Part shown: positions 39,595 through 51,129 of the stretch, piece by piece | How positions within the stretch are numbered: position 1 is the stretch's first letter | Layout: each line of letters opens with the position of its first letter | Assembly: GCA_951406725.2 (NCBI GenBank) | Contig: OX597830.1 | Location: forward strand, 17,050,001-17,114,000 | Source: Octopus vulgaris | Lineage: Eukaryota | Length of the DNA: 64,000 nt | Direction of reading: 5' to 3' | The notes under the pieces: model-generated | Seen by the model: only the letters and a program-made list of their open reading frames with translations | What the model was told of the DNA's origin: nothing | Database searches by the model: none | Position numbers and translations under genes: made by a program

Positions 39595-41055
39595 TACACA
39601 GAAAAAAACAAGGAGAGAAAAAAATGCGAGTAGGAGCTAATGATCTATCATGGCGTTCTGACTTAATATATATGTACTCTACTAAAATGTATTTAGTAAT
39701 CATACAGTTTTATGTTAAATTGTCTTTATACATAATCTGACATAAAAGCAAACATTAATAAATACATCATCATCGTCGTCGTCGTCATTTAACGTCCACT
39801 TTCTATGCTGGCATGGGTTGGATGGTTTGACTGAGGACTGGCAAGCTAGAAGGCTGTACCAGGCTCCAATCTGATCAGGCAAAGTTTCTACAGCTGGATG
39901 CCCTTTCTAATGCCAACCACTCTGAGAGTGTAGTGGGTGCTTTTTACATGCCACAAGCATGAGGGCCAGTCAGGTGGTACTGACATCTACCATGCTTGAA
40001 TGGTGCTTTTCACATGCCCCCAGCATGGGAGCCAGTCAGGCAACATTGGCAATGACCACGCTTGAATGATGCTTTTTACGTGCCACCGGCACAGGTGCCA
40101 GTCAGGCAGTACTGGCATCGGCCACAACAATAACTTCACTTGACTACACACATAAATAGGTATATGCGTAGTGTGTTTATGTGTGTATGCATCTGTGTGT
40201 GTGTATGCGTGTGTGTGTGTGTTAGTGTGTGTGTATATATCGTTGCTTTTTTTGTTAAACTGTTGTATGTCCAAATTTACCCAGATGCGTTTTTTTCCAA
40301 TATCTACTTTTGCTTGCAATAGCCAATTCTTTTGGTCAAACTATCGTATCTCCAGCTGCTTCAGATGCTAAAACATCAAAAATTGTCAAAGTTTAGTACA
40401 ACAGTTTTGCTATGAAGTGGTGAAACTATTTTTCCATTTTCTGAAAAAGCAACACTTTGGACTTACGACACTTTTGCATAATAGCAACAACAACAACAAC
40501 AACAACACACACACACTCATGAATATGTATATATAGAAATGTAGAGAAGAATCAAACTGAGCAACCAAGTTATGCAATTAACAAAAATGAGTTACAGTGC
40601 AGCTAATTAGAAAGTCAATTAGCTTAGATGAGAGCTTGTAACTATACAAATAAACGTAAGCTAGCTATAAGCAGCAAGCAGAAACAGCGATTTTCACATA
40701 TGCACCATAACTAGAACTTGCAAATGAATAAAGGACTGTTTCTATGAAGTCTTTCTTGCAGGCGACCTCATTAGCAGACAACAGTGACCTCGTTCTCAAG
40801 GCTGATCATTATAATACAAGGCTCTTTAAGTTCCATGGTGCAAATGACCCAACAATTTGAAACACTAACTTCAGGAAATTTGGCTACCCTCTAATCACCT
40901 AAAAATTCAGGCAAATATTAAAGCCAGATATATTTCATACATACCAGAAAACAAAATAAATAAGTGGTTGTGAATACTAAATTTTTTTAACTAGTAAAGA
41001 ATTTCAACTCAAAGAATTTCAGACTGACAATTATTAATATCAGAGTAAGGGTTAG

Positions 41056-41440
41056 TGGAAGCACTCCGTCGGTTACGACGATGAGGGTTCCGGTTGATCC
41101 GAATCAACGGAACAGCCTGCTCGTGAAATTAACGTGTAAGTGGCTGAGCACTCCACAGACACGTGTACCCTTAACGTAGTTCTTGGGGATATTCAGCGTG
41201 ACACAGAGAGTGACAAGGCCGGCCCTTTGAAATACAGGTACAACAGAAACAGGAAGTAAGAGTGAGAGAAAGTTGTGGTGAAAGAGTACAGCAGGGATCA
41301 GCACCATCCCCTGCAGGAGCCTCGTGGAGCTTTAGGTGTTTTCGCTCAATAAACACTCACAACACCCGGTCTGGGAATCGAAACCGCGATCTTATGACCG
41401 CGAGTCCGCTGCCCTAACCACTGGGCCATTGCGCCTCCAC
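41056..41440 (-). mobile_element. tRNA(Arg)-like-headed SINE group C2
   Basis: Same head as 13563 but a different 3' half; 12-bp TSD AGTAAGGGTTAG (41044-41055, 41441-41452); CpGs largely intact, suggesting a young copy. Confidence 0.85.
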
Positions 41441-41585
41441 AGTAAGGGTTAGATAGAGTCTAGGACAAAAGACAGTTGAAGAAGGAATGAAATCTGAAAG
41501 ATCCTTCAGCAAGACACTGCTTCAAAGTACTTGGTAGCATGTGTGTGAAGATGGAGGATGCGATAGAGGGCTTCATATGTAGAAA

Positions 41586-42004
41586 GAGTACAGAGGAGTG
41601 GCTGTGTGGTAAGTAGCTTGCTTACCAACCACATGGTTCCGTGTTCAGTCCCACTGCGTGGCACCTTGGGCAAGAGTGTCTTCTACTATAGCCTCGGGCC
41701 GACCAATGCCTTGTGAGTGGATTTGGTGGACGGAAACTGAAAGAAGCCTGTCGTATATATGTATATATATATATATTATGTGTGTGTATATGTTTGTGTG
41801 TCTGTGTTTGTCCCCCTAGCATTGCTTGACAACCGATGCTGGTGTGTTTACGTCCCTGTCACTTAGCGGTTCGGCAAAAGAGACCGATAGAATAAGTACT
41901 GGGCTTACAAAGAATAAGTCCCGGAGTCGATTTGCTCAACTAAAGGTGGTGCTCCAGCATGGCCACAGTCAAATGAATGAAACAAGTAAAAGAGTAAAAG
42001 AGTA
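41586..42004 (+). mobile_element. SINE group A
   Basis: Full-length. Confidence 0.9.
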
Positions 42005-42657
42005 AGTAGTTAGCAGCAAAAGTACATATAAATTCTTTGAATGTTCAGTGAGTTTCCTGGAGGTAATTGATAGCTTCTGTAACCTAGGTGACCTAGTTAG
42101 AGGTTAGTATCCAGAGTAAGAAAGCGCTGGTAAAAGTTGAGTTCTTCAACTGTCAACAAAGGGAAATGTCTCTCTGACAGAAAGAGCAGATTGTGTGATG
42201 CCTAAGTATGAAGTGTGATTTTGCATGGTAGAGAAGCATAGTTATTTAATGGAGAGGGTGAAAAGAAAGGAAGCTGGCATGCTCTGCTGGATGTCTGATG
42301 TTAGAGTACATGAAGGACATGACAGAGTACAAATAAGCCGAGAGAAAGGGAAGGTGCTATAGGAGTCAAGTACAGAGTGTAAGAAAGAAAACTGAGATAT
42401 TGCACATGACAGATGATGAATTGGCGAAGAAGTGCCAAGTAATTCAAGTGGATAGAATATGAGAGAGGAAGACATGATGAAAGCTGATCTCAGGATTCGG
42501 AACTTCATGAAAGAAATGACTAAGGACCACGAGTGAAGAGACACTGTTGGAAAAGATCTGTATGTGTGCGTGTGTATGTGTGTGTGTATATATATATATT
42601 TCGTTTTTGGATTTGGTTTGCAAGATTCTTTACATGAGTCGTGTGTTGAAGCATATT

Positions 42658-42907
42658 CTGTTGTGTCTGGGGAGAGTCATTTTCTTATTGTGCCTTATTA
42701 TTTCACCAGTAAAATTTCCACTTTTTTTTCTTATTTTTATTGTCCTAAAACTTTTGTTGCGTCTTTCAACCTTTTGAGAGTCAAAACTATTGAAAAGGTT
42801 GAAAGACGCAATGAAAATTTTAGGACAATAAAAAAGTGGAAATTTTACCGGTGAGTGTGTTAAATAATTAGGCACAATAAGAAAATGACTCTCCCCAGAC
42901 ACAACAG
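42658..42907. repeat. Long inverted repeat (~115-bp arms, ~13-nt loop)
   Basis: CTGTTGTGTCTGGGGAGAGTCATTTTCTTATTGTGCC... / ...GGCACAATAAGAAAATGACTCTCCCCAGACACAACAG. Confidence 0.9.
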
Positions 42908-42947
42908 CGATGTGTAGCAACATCTGATAGACTGGTCGGTCACGGTG

Positions 42948-42994
<47 letters not shown>

Positions 42995-44101
42995 CATATA
43001 TATATCAGAGGTGACTCCAGGTCATCAGCGTCACTTGGACTCATCACAGATTTCGCATAAGACACATGCCTGCTTGAAGAATTTCCCGTTTTTCCACAAT
43101 ATTTCTAGCCCCAAATGACATTTCTTATATCTAGCACTATGTATTTCTCCATTTCTAAGTTGAAGGTAAAAAATAAAGCTACCCTGCAAAACACAACTGG
43201 TCTTTACACACAGACACACACAATAACATCAATCAAACAACAACAGCAGAGTGCACAACAATCATCAGCACTCTGTCACCTGTTAGTCTTTTATACCTAC
43301 CAGGCTTGTTTGTATTAGCCTGAGTTGCTGGATGATTTTTCATACCTTTAAGAATATTGTAAAATGGAAACTTTCTATAGACTGGAATTTAAATTCTAAT
43401 CTCTACAGAACTTTATTGTTACAAGTAAAAACCCTGAATTTGAATTACTTTTAATTTTTACGATTATAGACAACAACTCGGGATGTAACTTCTGAGCCTG
43501 AGTCAGGCATGGGTGAATGATGTTGAGAGAATCTCTGCTACAAATGATATTTTTTAACACGGGGCACCTTTAAGACAACTGCCAGATGCTGAACGAAAAT
43601 AAATGAACTGCGATCAGGCTCAATAAAAGGAGACCGACTAATTGGCTGCAATTACATACTTGAAGTCACTGTTGGCAGAAATTGAATCACCTTGCATAAA
43701 CATGTTCATTTTACTAAATTTCTGCTCAGGCTAAGCCTGAACAGCCCATGTGCCAGTATCAACACTGATATATCTATATATATATATACACATATATATA
43801 CATCATCATCATCATAATCGTTTAACGTCCACTTTCCATGCTAGCATGGGTTGGATGATTTGACTGAGGACTGGTGAACTAGATGGCTGCACCAGGCTCC
43901 AATCTTGATCTGGCAGAGTTTCTACAGCTGTATGCCCTTCCTAACGCCAACCACTCTGAGAGTGTAGTGGGTGCTTTTACATGCCACTCGCACGAGGACC
44001 AGTCAGGCGGTACTGGCAACGGCCACGCTCAAATGGTGTTTTTTATGTGCCACCTGCACAGGAGCCAGTCCAGCAGCACTGGCAACAACCTCGTTCGAAT
44101 G

Positions 44102-44142
<41 letters not shown>

Positions 44143-47051
44143 AGAGCTTACAAAAAAAACAAAAGACGAAAACAGGTGGTTTACAAAACAAACAGATGTA
44201 TTAGTATAATGCTCAGAAATAGAAAAAGTCTTTTACATTTCGAGCCTAAGCTCTTCTATAGAAAGGGACACAGAAAAAACAAAGAGAGAAACAAGGAGAG
44301 AAAAAAATGTGTGTAGTGGCTAACGATCTATCATGGCGTCATATATATATATTTAAGAAGAAGTAAAAAAAGGGATTAACAAGTATATTTAAGTACATGT
44401 GTGTGTATTACATTGTCATATTTGTGACCCATGACCCCAGCGAACATGACAACTTTGCTGGGTGTGATAATAACCATGTTCTTATTATTGCAATGTAGTT
44501 ACTGATTCCATGATTGCAGTTGAATATGAATTTCTGTTATTCTATTATTCTATTATTAGTTTCAGCCAGAGGCTGTGCCCATGTTAAGGCACCAGCATTG
44601 AAATAAATATGAAATATCCATTTGCAAAACTAAATTCAAGATTACATTACTGTATTATTTAATAATTATCTGCTAATGAAGGTGTATGACCTCATCACTT
44701 CACGATTGTAAGATTGTGAGTTTGATTGGTGGACCCAGCAAGGACTTATATCCTTGAGCAAAATACTTTATTTCACATTTCTTCAGTCCATGCAGCTGAA
44801 AAATTAGTACTTGTCTAGTGCTAGTATAGTCCTCTCTCTCTCCTTCCAGCTGTCATATCCTGGATGTTCTGTTGGATCAAGGATGTGAAAGTTGGGAGAA
44901 TGTCAGTGTTTGTCCATGGCTACATGGTTAATTAAAGTACATAGCAAAAATATAGCATATAGCTACCTAGTCATAGACGTTCGTGAGTGACAGCAGTAGT
45001 TTCAACTTATGACAGAGCAAAAGTAATCAAGTATTTTACAGAAGTTATGCTTGCTATTATTATTTTCAGCAATCTACTTTCTTTTGTAGTTGTGCAGACA
45101 AGTTTTCAAGTTAACTGTCGTAATGCAAATACCATTGAATTAGATATTAACAATGAAGTAAGTGGATGGTCTTACAAATTGATAAATTGTGTTATAAATG
45201 TTATAAAGAAAGTTGTCAGATCATATAAGGTGAGAAAATCTCAAACTTTCAATCAATATCTTTTTCTGTTAGTAAAGATCAGTGATGTAACAAGGGCTGT
45301 TAATGAGAAAATATATTTTATTTTCTTACGGAAAGAGTAATATAGCATCTGGTGTACATGACTTGTTGCTTGTAGCTAATGTCTTTTTGCAGCTGCCTGG
45401 ACTTTAGTTAAAAGTGTGTCCCAGTTCTTTCCCAGTTTTTTCCCATTATCAGAATGATATGTCTTTATCCATAATCCAGTCTTGTCCTGCCTAAGGAACA
45501 AGCAACATGGGAAATCTCCAGAGTAATAGACCAATGCTTAAGCATTGTCCATGTTCCCTGCTGGCATAGGTTGGACCAATATCTATACATATATAGTGTG
45601 AATGTATGTGTGTGAGTGTTTGTGCATGTGCGTATCATTATCATCATCATTTAACAGCCATACTCCATGCTGGCATGGGTTAGTCAGTTCAACAGGATCT
45701 GATTGATCTCAAGATTGTATTGTACTCCAATATCTGCTTATTGCAGGGGTTTCCTAATATCAACCAATTTACAGCATATATTAGGTGCATTTTTCATGGC
45801 ACCAGCACCAATGATGTCACCAGGAAGTCTGCAAGATTAAGATCCCCTTTGACAGAGTGGGACTACAGAAGAGGGGAAGGTAGCTTTATGCTATGGAACA
45901 AGGGGTTCAAAGTGAAAGAGAAGTGGGAAGAATAAAACAGCTTTCTTGTTGTAGAGGAGCTACATGACTAGTGGTATAAATAAGAGTGCATTTTTCTCCA
46001 AAATCCAATATTAGAGTGACTCTCATGACATTTACCACAGTATAGTTTGTTCTAATAGAACATTCACATTTAAGGTGATAAATATACCTCATGGTATAAT
46101 AAATATTTTTTAACAAGCTTACTGGTTGATCACAACACCAGCACCTGTTCTGAGAGTGTCCATCACTGACAAGACCAAGGAAGGTTGAAATTACATGATC
46201 TAGTTAGTGATATAAGCATTTTGGACCAAAAAGCCAATAAGAGAGTTTCTCTCATGGTAAGTACCACAGTATAGTCTGTTCTAAAAGAACATCCATGTTT
46301 AAGTAGAGATAAATATTATTTCTTGGTATTAATACTACCCCTGTAGCTAACATACATGTTTTTAACAAGCTCTCTGGTTACTTATGACACCAGTGTCTGT
46401 TTTGGAACTGCTATTCTATATATCTCTGGCGGAAGTGTGATAGGGGACAGGAGAACAAGAAGTGTGGGTGGGTAGAGGTTGTCAGAGTGTATGGGGGAGT
46501 GAGAGCTGGTTAGAGGTAGGGAATTGGTGAGAAAGTGAATACTGTGAAGGACAAGTATTGAGGAGTGATAAACAGAAGAGGGGAAAGTAGGTGACAACTA
46601 GAAATTGGGGCTGATTTGAGGAGTGACCAGTGTTACATGAGTTAGGAGGAAGATAGGTGAGAGGAGGTGGCTGATGATGCAGTAAAAGTGGGACAGGGTA
46701 GGGCGGAGAGCAGCAGACTACTACTAATAATAATAATAATGATGACAGGGGTAGAAAGAAAGAAGATGAGAGAAAAGGAGAAAAAGAGAGAAATGGCATG
46801 TGGTTAGGGTGATTGGAAAAGTGTGGGATAGGCATAATGAATGGGGGAGGGGGAGATGTATGATAGCGGAGGAGAGATAATTTGGTGGCACAGGAGTGTG
46901 ATCACTGTAAAATGTGGGTTGAGAGGATAGTATTAAGAATGAAAGGTGTGGGCATCTGTGTGTGTGTAAGTATATACATATATCTATATATATATATGTA
47001 TGTGTAAAAAAATACAAACTGGGACAAGAACGCAAAAAACACTGACGGGAC

Positions 47052-47266
47052 ATTCGAAGCCTACAATCTTCAGTCAAGAAACGGATCATCCTCGCAATTT
47101 CGGCTGATTACTCTTGAGATTGTTCCGATCCGGCCAGCCCCAAGGAAAAACTAAGCTACGAGCATTAGATTTCTTGGAAAAAGGATCGAATGTATACGAA
47201 ACAGGGACAGAAAAATGGACGATGCCACACGAATATAAATACAAAAAAAGCAATAATAGTAATAAC

Positions 47267-47309
<43 letters not shown>

Positions 47310-47630
47310 ATATATATATGATTAATAATATCAGGGTAATAAAAATTTGAGAAATTCGAAGCCTTCAATCTTCAGTCAAGAAACGGATCATCCTCGCAAT
47401 TTCGGCTGATTAATCTTGAGATTGCTCCGATCCGGCCAGCCCCAAGGAAAAACTAAGCTACGAGCATTAGATTTCTTGGAAAAAGGATCGAATGTATACG
47501 AAACAGGGACAGAAAAATGGACGATGCCACACGAATATAAATACAAAAAGCAATAATAGTAATAACAGGACATATATATATATATATATATATGATTAAT
47601 AATATCAGGGTAATAAAAATTTGAGAAATT
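47052..47630. repeat. Near-identical tandem duplication (~300 bp unit)
   Basis: Units start ATTCGAAGCCT at 47052 and 47354; they differ mainly in (TA)n length. Confidence 0.9.
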
Positions 47631-47887
47631 TTTACTGCCAGTAGCCTAGCATATAGAAAAATTAGTCAATAGACTATATATTATTCATATAAAATACAGT
47701 GTACATTTAAACACATTAAGAGGTTTCCATCATAGGAATCCTTTATGGTAAAAAGAACAGCTAAAGTTCAAACCGGATAAATTCTTGAAGGGAATAAAAA
47801 ATAAAAACATTTGCTCTTTGGTTGATTTCTTCAACTAAAAGTGGTGCTCCAACATGACCACAGTCAGATGACTGAAACCAATAAAAG

Positions 47888-47918
<31 letters not shown>

Positions 47919-48008
47919 GAAATGAGGTACTCAGAAAATCGGATGGTTTATATTTACAGATATTTATTTGTATATTACATTTTTTATATATCATATAACT
48001 TAGATCAT

Positions 48009-48048
48009 GTATTAGCGCTTTCTCCCATTCTAGTGGGGTTTTCAAATC
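48009..48048 (-). ncRNA. Minimal hammerhead-like motif with U3-A8 core
   Basis: at-UUGAAAA-CCCCA(cuagaa)UGGGa-GAAA-GCGC-U-A-at. Confidence 0.45.
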
Positions 48049-48049
48049 A

Positions 48050-48108
<59 letters not shown>

Positions 48109-48439
48109 ATTAATATGAAAGCTATTTACAATATAAAACCATAACGGAAAAACTTATTCATTACTAATTGTGACTAAGTATACTGAATAGCACCTATATT
48201 ACTAGAAATAAGAATTAACCCCTAGAGCTACACTGAGTTAAGCCCTTAAGGCTACACTGCAATTAACAGACAAAACTAGTCAAGTCCAGTGGTTTTCCAG
48301 CTTTGCTCATGGGTGGTTATCTCCCTTGTCAATGTACGTAAAAGTGCACTTATGCAGCTTCAAGGGTTTAACTCTTATTCCTAGCAACTCATTAACTCTG
48401 TGTGGACTGCTGTCTATACCACACCCACACACACACATA

Positions 48440-48940
48440 TACTCTTTACTCTTTTACTTGTTTCAGTCATTTGACTGCGGCCATGCTGGAGCACCGCCTT
48501 TAATCGAGCAAATCGATCCCGGGACTTATTCTTTTGTAAGCCCAGTACTTATTCTATCAGTCTCTTTTGCCGAACCGCTAAGTAACGGGGACATAAACAC
48601 ACCAGCATCGGTTGTCAAGCAATGCTAGGGTGACAAACACAGACACACAAACACATACATGCATATATATATATATGTTCGCTTTCCATGCTAGCATGGG
48701 TTAGACCCCAGTTGAACCATCCAACCCATGCTAGCATGGAAAGCGGACGCTAAATGATGATGATGATACATATATACGACGGGCTTCTTTCAGTTTCCGT
48801 CTACCAAATCCACTCACAAGGCTTTGGTCGGCCCGAAGCTATAGTAGAAGACACTTGCCCAAGGTGCCACGCAATGGAACTGAACCCGCTACCATGTGGT
48901 TGGTAAACAAGCTACTTACCACACAGCCACTCCTGTGCCT
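48440..48940 (-). mobile_element. SINE group A with nested RTE-tail hairpin
   Basis: SINE body interrupted at 48677-48767 within its microsatellite. Confidence 0.9.
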
Positions 48941-49170
48941 ATATATACAGAAAAAATTTAATAGTCACTAATTATAACTGAGAGTCTTAAATATTACCTA
49001 TATTGCTAGGAATAAGAATTAAACCCTTAAAGTTGCATAAGTGCACTTTTATATATATTGACAAGGGAGATAACCACCCATGAGCAAAGCTGGAAAACCA
49101 CTGGACTAGACTAGTTTTGTCTGTTAATTGCAGTGTAGCCTTAAGGGTTTAACTCAGTGTAGCTCTAGAG

Positions 49171-49388
49171 CAGTGGTTTTCAACCAGGGTTCCACGGAAC
49201 CTTAGGGTTCCGCCAGTACAGTGCAGGGGTTCCGCAAGAAGTTACAAAACTGCTAAAATCGGCAGTAATTTTTAAGTCTCCTGTGCAGATATGTGTGCAT
49301 AAGACTATTAAATTATTGCACAGGGTTCCTCGAGCCAGTGGAATGTTTCCTTGGGGTTCCGCTCCAGCAAAACGTTTGAAAAGCACTG
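49171..49388. mobile_element. hAT MITE (different family)
   Basis: TIR CAGTGGTTTTCAA / TTGAAAAGCACTG; TSD CTCTAGAG/CTCTAGGG. Confidence 0.85.
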
Positions 49389-50019
49389 CTCTAGGGGTTA
49401 AAAAAGTATAAACCTTTCATATCAACAATTACTTACATATAACAGAAGCGACATAAATGAATAAATGTGGTTATATATGCATAAATATCATATAGAAACT
49501 AGGTTGTGTGTGTGTGTGTCAGTTAGATAACCTGACTCATATACAAGATATGTACATGTGTAATGACATTCATTCATTCATTCATGTCACTTCTGTCATA
49601 CCTGAGTGATTTTTGACACGAAAATTTTTTTATTTGTTAATTACCTTCACTTATATATATAGTAAACAGAAGAAATGGACAGCTATACTTTATTTATAAG
49701 TTTGTGTTTACAGAACTTACTCTCTCTCTCTCTCTCGCTGTATGTGGGTGTATTTATATGTGTGTCACCAACTGTCACTTGTTTCCAAGCGAAGTAATAA
49801 ATTTCCCAGTCTACTGAGCCACAAACAGCCCAAACATGTTCACAGTGAGAACTGGTGACAAATGACTCTGTATGAATGAGCCTTTCGTTTACTTAGACTG
49901 TGCAACATGTCAAAAAAGCTTGGATGTGTTTTTGCAGTTGAATGTGAGAGAACTACACTCTCACCTAAGCTGTTGTTTACCACCAGTAAACTCATAGGAA
50001 AACATGAACTCACACATGC

Positions 50020-50050
<31 letters not shown>

Positions 50051-50235
50051 AATACACACACATGCACACACACACAAACACCCATGCACACACACACACA
50101 CGCACAAACAGGCGTGCACACACACACACACACACACACAAATACACACACATAACATACACGCATGCATACACATATATACACTCACATGCACACACAC
50201 AAACATGCACAGAAACACACACACAAACACCCATG

Positions 50236-50273
<38 letters not shown>

Positions 50274-51129
50274 GAGGCGTGCATGCACACACATACACAC
50301 ACACAGAAGAAATGGATAGCTCAAAACGTCATCACACATTTCAATACATTATTTGATGGCAGCTGTATTATTTATTACAGGAAATTAATGGCTCATCAAT
50401 AAATTCATTTAACCATAAAATCCAACATCTCATAAGGATATAGCCTTTTGACCTCTCCCTTTTTAGTATATTCATTCATTAATTTAGTTGCCTTCACAGT
50501 TATGGTGTTTGATTAGACACAAGTTTTAATATCTCCATCCCAGTTTGAAAATCCCTATTTCGGTCAGCTTATTTAGAGGATTTTTATCGTCATAGATATA
50601 GATTGATTGCATTTTGCTGAATGAGAGCTGGATATCACCAGAAGAAGGGGTTTACACAACAATGCATACTTATATGATGTTGTATAATATGTTATGTTAT
50701 GTATTTTGCATTGGGAAGGACAATAGGTGGACAATTAGGGTGATGGAATGGACACCAAGACACTGGACAAGATCAAGAGGTTGACCAAAGACAAGATGGT
50801 GAGATGATCTCATTTGCTATATTGTCATGTCTGGTCAGAGACAGACAGTGATAGAAAGAGACCAGGAATGATGAAGCCCTGGATAGGGAATAAGTAACCA
50901 TGTAACTGAAATGTGTGTAGTGATGTTTAGAGCTATTCACACCTTTTGTTTTCTAAAAGATACTCTGTGTAATAATAAGCACCAATTATACCTTTGATAC
51001 ATACACAGATTTCCAGGATACTTGGGGCTATTAAACAACTCATTAACTCAGGTCATGACTGGTCATGAACAACTCATTAACTCAGTATGGACCACTGTCC
51101 TGACCAGCACAAAGAATATGTTCAATTGT

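Larger units (their letters stand above)
48219..49397. mobile_element. Long-inverted-repeat element flanked by TTAA (piggyBac-like ends), with nested inserts
   Basis: TTAA|CCCCTAGAGC...GCTCTAGGGG|TTAA; ~170-bp arms at 48219-48388 and 49002-49397 (minus the MITE). Confidence 0.55.

Noticed and set aside
45070-45157. Possible plus-strand exon (ttttcag...GAA|GTAAGT; NLLSFVVVQTSFQVNCRNANTIELDINNE)
   Set aside because: Good splice signals but no recognisable protein similarity and no partner exons; needs RNA-seq.
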